From Bacteroidia bacterium (GTDB lineage Bacteria > Bacteroidota > Bacteroidia > 2-12-FULL-35-15): a DNA stretch of 50,641 nt. Each line of letters begins with the position of its first letter. The stretch's first letter is position 1. The stretch spans positions 1-50,641 of the forward strand of contig JAVHPR010000148.1 of NCBI GenBank assembly GCA_036170695.1, written 5' to 3'. Shown here piece by piece: positions 35,233 through 43,452 of this stretch. A program made the position numbers and the translations under genes. The notes under the pieces are model-generated. The model did not search any database and had not been told where the DNA came from. It was given only the letters and a program-made list of their open reading frames with translations.

Positions 35233-35290
35233 GTCTTCGACAAGCTCTGACTGACAGCGCGGTTGTCATATTAAGCTTGTCGAAATATGT
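35233..35290. repeat. family-B repeat, arms in permuted order
   Basis: A right-arm type (TCTTCGACAAGCTCTGACTGAC) precedes a left-arm type (GTCATATTAAGCTTGTCGAAATATGTG). It is flanked by the 14-nt direct repeat ATTAATTCAGAATT (35171-35184, 35314-35327). Confidence 0.65.
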
Positions 35291-35356
35291 GCGATGGCAA
35301 CTTAACTAAACGGCATTAATTCAGAATTATTAAAATGAATCGGGAATACATCTGTT

Positions 35357-36565
35357 TTAAATTTTATCAGAATAAAGCGCCTTAACCCGATCTCTCAAAT
35401 TATATCCGGAACTCATCACTTCTCCATAAGCGCCTGCAGTTCGTATACCAATAATATCACCACGCTGCGTTTCAGGCAAACTTACAGCTTTTCCAAAACA
35501 GTCGGAACTTTCGCAGATTGGACCCACCACATCGTACTTAAAAATTTCGGATTTCGGATTTTGGATTTCGGATTGATATGTGGTTTCTTGCTTCTTGCTT
35601 CTTGTTTCTTGTATCGTTTTTGTTAAATTCTCTATCTTGTGATATGCCTGATACAGTGCAGGGCGCATCAGTTCCGTCATGCCTGCATCTAATATTGCGA
35701 AATTAGTATTCACCCCTTTTTTGATATAAAGTACTTTTGAAATCAATGTTCCGCATTGCGCCGTGATGGCTCTGCCTAATTCAAAATGCACCTTTTGTTT
35801 GGGTTGTAGCACCAAAAAGTCATTGAATAATTTGAAATATGCAGCAAAATCAGGGATGAGATTTGTATCAGGTTCATGATAATTAACCCCGAAACCTCCG
35901 CCAACATTAATGTTTTCAATTTTTATCTTTCGATTCACAAACCAGTTTTGAATTTCGTTTACACGTAAACATAATGATTTGAAAGAGCCTAAATCCATTA
36001 TCTGGGAACCTATATGAAAATGCAAGCCGATAAGCCGCAGATTTTCGAAATCTTTCAGAGAATTCACTACGGTTTCCAACTCCCATAAGTTTATTCCGAA
36101 TTTATTTTCTTCCAAGCCCGTTGTAATGTATTTATGAGTGTTGGCATTCACATTGGGGTTGATGCGCAGGGCAATGCGAGCGGTCTTATTTTTTACGGCA
36201 GCAAAACCATTGATAACTTCCAGTTCCTGTAAACTTTCGCAGTTGAAACAAAAAATAGTATTATCCAATGCGCAATTGATTTCGGCATCACTTTTGCCGA
36301 CACCTGCAAATACAATATCTTCGGGCTTAAATTTGCATTCAATTGCTTTTTTTACTTCGTTGCCGCTAACACAATCCGCCCCAATTTTATATGATTTAAT
36401 AATATCCAAAATTTCATTGTTTGCATTGGCTTTCAATGCATAATGCACAATAAATCCATATTTGTCGGACTCTTCTTTTAGTTTATGAAGCGTACGTTTA
36501 AGTAATTCTACATCATAATAGTAGAAGGGTGTTGGGATGGTTTTGAATTTATTTATTGGAAACAT
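35357..36565 (-). CDS. lysA: diaminopimelate decarboxylase
   Basis: 402 aa with the PLP lysine motif VHYALKANAN, then HFHIGSQ, GGGFGV and VVGPICESSD. It contains an in-frame simple-repeat insertion (see 35545-35611). Confidence 0.92.
   Translation of the reverse strand: MFPINKFKTIPTPFYYYDVELLKRTLHKLKEESDKYGFIVHYALKANANNEILDIIKSYKIGADCVSGNEVKKAIECKFKPEDIVFAGVGKSDAEINCALDNTIFCFNCESLQELEVINGFAAVKNKTARIALRINPNVNANTHKYITTGLEENKFGINLWELETVVNSLKDFENLRLIGLHFHIGSQIMDLGSFKSLCLRVNEIQNWFVNRKIKIENINVGGGFGVNYHEPDTNLIPDFAAYFKLFNDFLVLQPKQKVHFELGRAITAQCGTLISKVLYIKKGVNTNFAILDAGMTELMRPALYQAYHKIENLTKTIQETRSKKQETTYQSEIQNPKSEIFKYDVVGPICESSDCFGKAVSLPETQRGDIIGIRTAGAYGEVMSSGYNLRDRVKALYSDKI
35545..35611. repeat. two 4-unit heptamer arrays inside the lysA reading frame (TTTCGGA x4 at 35545-35572; YTTCTTG x4 at 35584-35611)
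   Basis: Units counted directly. On the sense strand they encode QETRSKKQETTYQSEIQNPKSEI, with a 7-aa periodicity. Confidence 0.9.
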
Positions 36566-36567
36566 AA

Positions 36568-36735
36568 GAAGCCCCTCCTGACCTCCCCAAAGGGGAGGGA
36601 AATACCCTTCACAAGTCCCCCAAAATGCAGGGAGAGTTGAGAGTTGATTGATTGTTTGTTTTTATTCACTTTCTTTTCTTATTTTTTTACCTATTCCCCC
36701 CTCTCCTTCGGAGAGGGGATTAAGGGGTGAGGCTT
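36568..36735. repeat. BIME/MITE-like inverted pair of family-A repeats (36568-36599, 36696-36735)
   Basis: GAAGCCCCTCCTGACCTCCCCAAAGGGGAGGG ... CCCCCCTCTCCTTCGGAGAGGGGATTAAGGGGTGAGGCTT. It fills the lysC-stop to lysA-start gap, leaving 0 nt and 2 nt. Confidence 0.85.
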
Positions 36736-38046
36736 TTAAAACAACCCATTATTTAACGCTACCAGCGCATCTTTTTTTAATTTAGTATCTACCAAAATAG
36801 AAATATTATTTTCGCTGCCTCCATAAGAAATCATACGAATAGGGATATTTTTTAATGCATCAAAAATACGCAAAGCGTAACCTTGCTTTTCGGCAGTAAA
36901 GCTACCAACGATGCAGATTATAGTTAAATCCGTATCCACTTCAACAGTGCAAAATTCGATCAACTCTTTTTTTATTGCTTCGATATTTTGTGTATTATCA
37001 ATCGTCAGTGAAACCGCTACTTCCGAAGTGGTTATCATGTCTATCGGCGTTTTGTATCGCTCAAAAATTTCAAATACAGATCGCAAAAAGCCATACGCCA
37101 AAAGCATTCGTCCTGATTTAATCTTAATTGCAGTAATACCATCTTTAGCCGCTACGGCTTTAATACCGTCTTCTGAGCTTTCTGAGGTGATAACAGTTCC
37201 TTTTGCTTCGGGTTGCATCGTATTTAACAGGCGGACAGGAATGTTGCGCATCTGAGCCGGAAGAATACAGGTGGGATGTAAAATTTTTGCACCAAAATAG
37301 GCTAATTCAGCCGCTTCATCAAAAGAGAGTTGTGCAATAGGGGAGGTTTTATCAACAATGCGGGGATCATTGTTATGCATCCCGTCAATATCCGTCCATA
37401 TTTGTATCTCCTCGGCTTGTATTGCAGCACCTATTATAGTTGCTGTATAGTCGCTACCTCCGCGTTTTAAATTGTCGATTTCTCCGAAAGCATTTCTGCA
37501 AATATATCCCTGGGTGATAAATAATTTTTTATCAGGATATTTCGCAAGTTCAGATGTTATATGTGTTTCAATATAATTCATGGCGGGCTCGCCATTCTGA
37601 TCAATACGCATAAAATTTAATGCTGGTAGCAAAACGGATGCTATACCGATTTCTTCCAGATAGTAATGAAATAAGGTGGTAGAAAGTAATTCGCCCTGAG
37701 CTAGAATAGCACGCTCTTCGTTGGTAGTAAATAAATCCATGGTGAAAGCCTGCAAATAATTAAAATGCGACTCAATCAAATCCTTGCTTTTATTTAATGC
37801 CGGAGGAGTCTTAAACAATTGCCCGATTACAATATCATATTTTGATTTTAGTGATTCAATCAATAGTTTGGCTTTGTCATTTTCATTTGCATATAAAGTA
37901 TTTGCAATTTCTACTAAACTATTAGTAGTGCCGCTCATAGCTGATAACACCACAATTTTTGGTTTGCCATCATTAATCAAATGAACAAGTGCATGCATTC
38001 GTTCCGCCGAACCAACGGATGTTCCGCCAAATTTTAAAACTCTCAT
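36736..38046 (-). CDS. lysC: aspartate kinase
   Basis: MRVLKFGGTSVGSAERM is the N-terminal kinase motif, followed by C-terminal ACT domains. I prefer ATG 38046 to the GTG at 38061 used by the track. Confidence 0.9.
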   Translation of the reverse strand: MRVLKFGGTSVGSAERMHALVHLINDGKPKIVVLSAMSGTTNSLVEIANTLYANENDKAKLLIESLKSKYDIVIGQLFKTPPALNKSKDLIESHFNYLQAFTMDLFTTNEERAILAQGELLSTTLFHYYLEEIGIASVLLPALNFMRIDQNGEPAMNYIETHITSELAKYPDKKLFITQGYICRNAFGEIDNLKRGGSDYTATIIGAAIQAEEIQIWTDIDGMHNNDPRIVDKTSPIAQLSFDEAAELAYFGAKILHPTCILPAQMRNIPVRLLNTMQPEAKGTVITSESSEDGIKAVAAKDGITAIKIKSGRMLLAYGFLRSVFEIFERYKTPIDMITTSEVAVSLTIDNTQNIEAIKKELIEFCTVEVDTDLTIICIVGSFTAEKQGYALRIFDALKNIPIRMISYGGSENNISILVDTKLKKDALVALNNGLF

Positions 38047-38206
38047 CTTTTTACTTAACACTTTTTAACAGATTTAAGTACCCGAAAATTACATACCAAT
38101 TGTACTTTTACTTTTGCCAAAAGTAGCCATAAAATAGAATACATTGAATTACGTTCAAAAAACATCTTCAGCATTATCTATTAAATAGTATTTTAGTACC
38201 CAATTT

Positions 38207-38947
38207 ATGTTCATACTACTAAAAAAAGAAATACGCAGTTTTTTAAATTCCCTGATTGGTTACATTACCATTGCTGTTTTTTTATTGGTGATTGGCCTGT
38301 TTCTCTGGGTATTGCCAAGCGAATCAACCGAGTCCAATATTTTAGATAATGGTTATGCCAATATTGATGGAGTTTTCATTATCGCGCCATGGGTGTTTTT
38401 ATTTCTGATACCCGCCATTACCATGCGCTCGTTTGCTGATGAAAAAAAATCGGGAACTATAGAATTGCTATTAACCAGACCCCTTACCGATATACAAATC
38501 ATTTTATCTAAATACCTGGCAGGATTTGTCCTTGTTTTGTTTTCTCTTTTACCCACATTGATTTATTATTTTTCGGTCCACCAATTAGGCAGCCCCCCAG
38601 GGAACATTGATACGGGCGGAATGTGGGGCTCTTACATAGGGTTGTTATTCCTGGGTGCCGCTTTTGTTTCTATCGGAATTTTTGCGTCGGCTATAACCAA
38701 TAATCAGGTGGTATCCTTTATCCTGGCATTATTCCTTTGTATTGTTATCTTCAGGGGTTTTGATTTGCTAGGTTCATTTGCATTATTTGGTAAAATCGAT
38801 AATGTTATTTTCGCCTTGGGTATCAATACTCATTATGTATCAATGAGCCGTGGGGTTATTGATACACGGGACGTAATTTATTTTTTGAGTTTAATAGCGC
38901 TTTTTATTTTCGGAACACGCACAGTATTGGAAAGTCGGAAATGGTAA
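38207..38947 (+). CDS. gldF: gliding-motility ABC transporter permease GldF
   Basis: 246-aa ABC-2-type permease (MFILLKKEIRSFLNSLIGYI..., FADEKKSGTIELLLTRP) directly upstream of a GldG-like gene. Confidence 0.8.
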   Translation: MFILLKKEIRSFLNSLIGYITIAVFLLVIGLFLWVLPSESTESNILDNGYANIDGVFIIAPWVFLFLIPAITMRSFADEKKSGTIELLLTRPLTDIQIILSKYLAGFVLVLFSLLPTLIYYFSVHQLGSPPGNIDTGGMWGSYIGLLFLGAAFVSIGIFASAITNNQVVSFILALFLCIVIFRGFDLLGSFALFGKIDNVIFALGINTHYVSMSRGVIDTRDVIYFLSLIALFIFGTRTVLESRKW

Positions 38948-39077
38948 ACCTCATCCCTTAATCCCCTCTCCAAAGGAGAGGGGGGGCGGTGTAAAACAAA
39001 CAAAAAACAATGTTTATATATACAAAATATTAACAATTTTTTCTTCTCCTCCCCTTTGGGGAGGTTGGGAGGGGCTT
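38948..39077. repeat. BIME/MITE-like inverted pair of family-A repeats (38948-38986, 39043-39077)
   Basis: ACCTCATCCCTTAATCCCCTCTCCAAAGGAGAGGGG ... CTTCTCCTCCCCTTTGGGGAGGTTGGGAGGGGCTT. It abuts the gldF stop and the gldG ATG with 0-nt gaps. Confidence 0.85.
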
Positions 39078-40757
39078 ATGAATAAAAAACGAGATATAGT
39101 TTCACTGGTTTTAGCTATCATTATTGTGGTACTAATGAACTTTGTAGGTTCTTTTGTATTTCATCGTTTTGATCTTACCTCCGAAAAACGATATACGTTG
39201 TCGGATGCCACTAAAAAAATATTGGGACAATTAAATGACGTGGTTTATGTGAAAGTCTACCTGGAAGGTAACTTCCCTGCCGGATTCAAGCGTTTGCGAA
39301 ACGAAACAAAAGAGATGCTTGATGAATTCAGAGCCTATTCCAACGAAAATATTGAGTATCAGTTTATCAACCCTTCTCAAAATTCAGATAAAAAACAGCA
39401 AAACGAAGTCTATAAACAACTCTATGACAAAGGTCTGCAGCCAACTAATCTGGAGGTAAAAGAAGAAAGCGGGACTTCGCAACAAATTATATTTCCCGGC
39501 GCTATTATATCCTATAAAGGGCACGAAATGCCCTGGCAGTTGTTAAAGACCCAAATCGGACAATCTTCCGAAGCCCAGTTGAATAATTCCATTCAAGCCT
39601 TAGAATACGAGTTTGCAAGTTGCATCCGAAACCTGACAACTGTTCTTAGGCCGGAAATAGGCATTATAGAAGGGCATGGGGAGTTGGATACACTTTCGCT
39701 TAGTGATATAAAAAATGCTTTAAGTGAATTCTATTTGTTGAAGCGTGTGAAAATAAATGAGCAATTAAAGGCCCTCGACGGTTTAAGAGCCATCATCATC
39801 GCTAAGCCCGATACTTCTTTTTCAGAAAAAGATAAATTCATAATCGATCAGTTTGTGATGAGAGGAGGCCGTATCCTTTGGGCTGTTGATCCTTTATATG
39901 CCAGCATTGACAGTCTCCGTAAATCGGGGGGTACAATAGCACTCCCTTATGATTTGAAATTAGACGACCTATTTTTCAAATACGGTGTACGTGTCAATCC
40001 AAATATGGTAATGGATGTAACATCATCTGCAATACCTGTAAATAAGGCTCTTCGAGGACAACAACCGCGTTTTGAATTAATGCCATGGATATTTTCTCCT
40101 CTGATGATGCCGACAAGCAACCATCCTATTGTAAAAAATTTAGATGTTATTAAAATCGAATTCGGATCAAGTATGGATACTGTTGAAGCACCGGGAATTA
40201 CAAAAACGATTCTCCTCCACTCATCGAAATACACTAAAACACTGAATTCGCCGGTGCGTATTGATTTACGGATGGTTAATATGCGCCCTGATGAAAATCA
40301 ATTTAGAGACTCTTACCAACCCGTAGCTGTTTTGCTGGAGGGTGAATTTGAATCGGTATATAAAAACAGAATCCCTCCTCAAATAGCTCACGACAGCGCC
40401 ATTGGCTTCAAAGCAAAAGGCGTAAATACTAAAATGATTGTTATTTCGGATGGGGATATTATCAGAAATGAGGTTCAGTATTCTGCAAAAAAACCTTTCC
40501 CGCTTGGTTATGATATTTACACGCAGCAAACGTATGGCAACAAAAATTTTATTTTAAATTGCGTTAATTACCTCTGCGATGATTCAGGATTGATAAGTGT
40601 ACGTTCGCGCGAATTAACGCTGCGTTTGCTGGATAAGAAAAAAATAAAAACCGAACGATTGAAATGGCAGATTATTAACACCTGCCTGCCCTTGTTTTTA
40701 CTGTTTTTGTTTGGAATAGTACATAATGTTATGCGGAAACGTAAGTATGCTAAATAA
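39078..40757 (+). CDS. gldG: gliding-motility-associated ABC transporter accessory protein GldG
   Basis: 559 aa with N- and C-terminal TM anchors and a large periplasmic domain (RYTLSDATKKIL..., GHGE, ISDGDIIRNE), typical of GldG. Confidence 0.8.
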   Translation: MNKKRDIVSLVLAIIIVVLMNFVGSFVFHRFDLTSEKRYTLSDATKKILGQLNDVVYVKVYLEGNFPAGFKRLRNETKEMLDEFRAYSNENIEYQFINPSQNSDKKQQNEVYKQLYDKGLQPTNLEVKEESGTSQQIIFPGAIISYKGHEMPWQLLKTQIGQSSEAQLNNSIQALEYEFASCIRNLTTVLRPEIGIIEGHGELDTLSLSDIKNALSEFYLLKRVKINEQLKALDGLRAIIIAKPDTSFSEKDKFIIDQFVMRGGRILWAVDPLYASIDSLRKSGGTIALPYDLKLDDLFFKYGVRVNPNMVMDVTSSAIPVNKALRGQQPRFELMPWIFSPLMMPTSNHPIVKNLDVIKIEFGSSMDTVEAPGITKTILLHSSKYTKTLNSPVRIDLRMVNMRPDENQFRDSYQPVAVLLEGEFESVYKNRIPPQIAHDSAIGFKAKGVNTKMIVISDGDIIRNEVQYSAKKPFPLGYDIYTQQTYGNKNFILNCVNYLCDDSGLISVRSRELTLRLLDKKKIKTERLKWQIINTCLPLFLLFLFGIVHNVMRKRKYAK

Positions 40758-40824
40758 AGGTTACGGATAAACGAATAAAAGCGAATTCACGAAACTGTCT
40801 GTTAAAAATAGCATACTTAGTTTC

Positions 40825-40888
40825 GTAAATTAGTAACGATTCGTTATTAGTAACCAGTAAATTAGTAACGATTCGTTATTAGTAACCA
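40825..40888. repeat. perfect 32-bp tandem duplication, each copy containing the palindrome TAACGATTCGTTA
   Basis: GTAAATTAGTAACGATTCGTTATTAGTAACCA occurs twice (40825-40856, 40857-40888), ending 8 nt before ATG 40897. Confidence 0.9.
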
Positions 40889-40896
40889 TATATACC

Positions 40897-41973
40897 ATGA
40901 AAAAAAATAGAGTCGCAATTATTCTGGTTGTTATCCTGGGAGCAATTTCCTTTTGGTTTATCATCAATAAAGGAAGTGGAACCATAAAAGAAACCTTGCG
41001 TGATTTTGCTGTTGCTGATACAGCATCTATTAACAAAATATTTTTAGCCGATAAAAATGGTAATTCAATAACTCTTGAGCGCCAGCCTTCCGGGCAATGG
41101 ACGGTTAACGGAAAGTATAACGTTCGACCGGACGCGATGCAAACATTGCTGCGCACCATAAAAAAAATAGATGTTAAAGAGCCGATTGGGAAAAATGCAC
41201 AAGACAATGTTATTAAGCGGTTAGCGGCAAAAGCGGTGAAATGCGAAATATATCAGAACGGTAAGCTTACAAAAGCCTATTATGTGGGCACAGAAACTCC
41301 AGATCAAACGGGCACCTACATGATTTTGATTGATCTGGAAACGATGAAGCCTTCTGCAAAGGCATTTGTTACCTACATTCCAGGGTTTGAAGGATATTTA
41401 ACCACACGTTATTTTGTTGAAGAAAGAGGTTGGAGGGATCGCACCGTTTTTCAATATATCCCCAGCGATATAGCATCGGTGAAGGTGGAGGCGCCTTCTA
41501 ATCTGGAATATAATTATGAGTTGATCGTAAAGGGCAATAATAATTACCAGATAAAAATGCTTTCATCGAATCAGTTATTGAACAATTTAGATACGTTGGC
41601 TGTGAAACAGTATTTGTCGTATTTTCAGCATTTGAATTTTGAAAGTTTTGAGATAGATTTGGAAAAAGCCCAGATAGATTCAGTACTAAAATCACAACCG
41701 ATAAATATTTTAACGGTTACCGATAATAAAGGGAAATCAAATAAAGTAAAATTTTATGCCCGTTTCAATCAAAAAAAAGTTGCCGGGAATGATGGTAAAC
41801 TCCTGCCTTATGATCCGGAACGGTTGGATGCCTTACTTGATAACGGAAAGGATTTTGTAATGGTGCAGTTTTACCTTTTTGGGAAGGTAATGCCGGTGCC
41901 GGGTTATTTTCAGAAAAGAACACAACAAATAGTTCCAGAATCCGGCAAACCAAAAAATAGTTCAAAAAGGTAG
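40897..41973 (+). CDS. DUF4340-like protein (commonly follows gldG)
   Basis: 358 aa with an N-terminal TM anchor. The family call is from size, context and recall only. Confidence 0.5.
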   Translation: MKKNRVAIILVVILGAISFWFIINKGSGTIKETLRDFAVADTASINKIFLADKNGNSITLERQPSGQWTVNGKYNVRPDAMQTLLRTIKKIDVKEPIGKNAQDNVIKRLAAKAVKCEIYQNGKLTKAYYVGTETPDQTGTYMILIDLETMKPSAKAFVTYIPGFEGYLTTRYFVEERGWRDRTVFQYIPSDIASVKVEAPSNLEYNYELIVKGNNNYQIKMLSSNQLLNNLDTLAVKQYLSYFQHLNFESFEIDLEKAQIDSVLKSQPINILTVTDNKGKSNKVKFYARFNQKKVAGNDGKLLPYDPERLDALLDNGKDFVMVQFYLFGKVMPVPGYFQKRTQQIVPESGKPKNSSKR

Positions 41974-42136
41974 ATTTATTATTTAAAGAGTTAGAGAACC
42001 CCACCTAAATAAGGCTTTTTTTGTTAAAAAGTCGGTTGAAACTAAAAAATATTCAATGTTTTTTTATTTATGTAAATGCGCTATATTTGCTCATCTAAAT
42101 TTTAGAATAATATAACCCCAATTAATATACAACGAT

Positions 42137-43258
42137 ATGAAATTTATTGTTTCCAGCACTTCATTATTAAAACAATTGCAAGCCATAAGTGGTGTGCTTA
42201 ATTCAAATAATGCTTTACCTATTTTAGATAATTTTTTATTTGATATTGATAAAAATCAATTGAAAATTTCTGCATCAGATTTGGAAACAACCATGACGAC
42301 AACGCTAAATATCGAATCCAAAGATATTGGAAGCATTGCTGTTCCGGCAAAGTTGTTGTTAGAAACTTTGAAAACTTTTGCAGACCAGCCTTTAACATTT
42401 AGCATTGACATTAAAAAGTTTGGAATCGAAATAATTTCCGATTACGGTAAATATAAATTGACTGGCCATAACGGTGATGAGTTCCCAAAATTGCCAAACA
42501 TTGAATCAGCCTCATCGCTTGATTTGGATGCTGGTGTATTAGCTTCTGCCATTAACAAAACGATATTTGCCACAGGTAATGATGAATTACGTCCTGTGAT
42601 GTCTGGTGTTTTTTGTCAGTTATCTACCGATGATATTACGTTTGTATCCACTGACGCACACAAACTTGTTCGATATCGCAGAACTGACGCAAAAGCTCAG
42701 GCAGCCTCATCGTTCATAATTCCTAAAAAACCGTTGAATCTGTTAAAGAACACTTTAGTGAGCGTTAGCGGTAATGTGAAGATCGAATACAATAAAACGA
42801 ATGCATTTTTTTCCTTCGAAAACACTAATTTAATTTGTCGTTTGATTGATGGGAAATACCCTAATTATGAAGCCGTAATTCCTAAAGAAAACCCCAATAA
42901 ATTAACTGTTGATCGCGTTTCATTTTTGAATTCAATCCGTCGCGTTTCTATCTTCTCCAACAAAACAACCCATCAGGTAAGACTAAAAATTGCAGGAAGT
43001 GAATTAAGCATTTCTGCCGAAGACCTTGATTTTGCTAATGAAGCCAGCGAGCGTTTAACCTGTCAGTATGCCGGGGAAGACATGGAAATCGGATTTAATT
43101 CTAAATTTCTGGCAGAAATGTTGAGCAATCTAAGTTGCGAAAATGTAAACCTGGAAATGAGCGCTCCAAACCGTGCCGGAATTTTATTGCCTACTGAGAA
43201 AGAAAATGCAGCAGAAGATATTTTGATGCTGGTAATGCCGGTGATGTTGAATAGCTAA
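42137..43258 (+). CDS. dnaN: DNA polymerase III subunit beta (sliding clamp)
   Basis: 373 aa: MKFIVSSTSLLKQLQAISGV, LRPVMSGVF, LIDGKYPNYEAVIP, and the MPVML C-terminus. Confidence 0.93.
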   Translation: MKFIVSSTSLLKQLQAISGVLNSNNALPILDNFLFDIDKNQLKISASDLETTMTTTLNIESKDIGSIAVPAKLLLETLKTFADQPLTFSIDIKKFGIEIISDYGKYKLTGHNGDEFPKLPNIESASSLDLDAGVLASAINKTIFATGNDELRPVMSGVFCQLSTDDITFVSTDAHKLVRYRRTDAKAQAASSFIIPKKPLNLLKNTLVSVSGNVKIEYNKTNAFFSFENTNLICRLIDGKYPNYEAVIPKENPNKLTVDRVSFLNSIRRVSIFSNKTTHQVRLKIAGSELSISAEDLDFANEASERLTCQYAGEDMEIGFNSKFLAEMLSNLSCENVNLEMSAPNRAGILLPTEKENAAEDILMLVMPVMLNS

Positions 43259-43452
43259 AGCAAATCAACAAATAACAAATTTTTACGAATAGCGAATCTG
43301 TTTAAAGTCCCATTTGTTGGGTTATGCAGATAGATAGCCGCGTAAACACTTCCAATGGCTCAATAGGGCATCATGTATAGCCATTAAGCTTGGCGAAGAC
43401 TTTGTGATCTGAATAACAATACATTAACAATATAATATATTTTAACAATAAA

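Noticed and set aside
36138-37255. + strand ORFs (36138-36443, 36911-37255) antisense to lysA and lysC; similar antisense or alternative-frame ORFs at 14350-14643, 14720-14992, 16482-16790, 18934-19287 and 34590-34853
   Set aside because: All lie within strongly supported genes and have no motifs. They are typical shadow frames.
38062-38206. Possible lysine riboswitch (L-box) upstream of lysC
   Set aside because: The leader is only ~145-160 nt and AT-rich. I could not find the conserved L-box helices or the GAGG/GGGAG-type core segments. A covariance-model scan would be decisive.
40830-41207. 125-aa - strand ORF overlapping the DUF4340-like gene start and the 32-bp duplication
   Set aside because: It is antisense to a better ORF that has a signal anchor. 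Its N-terminus would be translated from the tandem repeat. No support.
41974-42136. Replication origin (DnaA-box cluster) next to dnaN
   Set aside because: I saw no cluster of TTATCCACA-like boxes upstream of dnaN. The only good 9-mers are isolated and intragenic (TGTGGATAA at 16634-16642, TTATCCAC at 47613-47620), and dnaA is not in the window.
43259-43452. Candidate small RNAs in the ORF-free gaps 43259-43452 and 46007-46225
   Set aside because: Only short local hairpins are present. I recognised no SRP, 6S, RNase P or tmRNA signatures. Covariance-model scans or RNA-seq would be needed.
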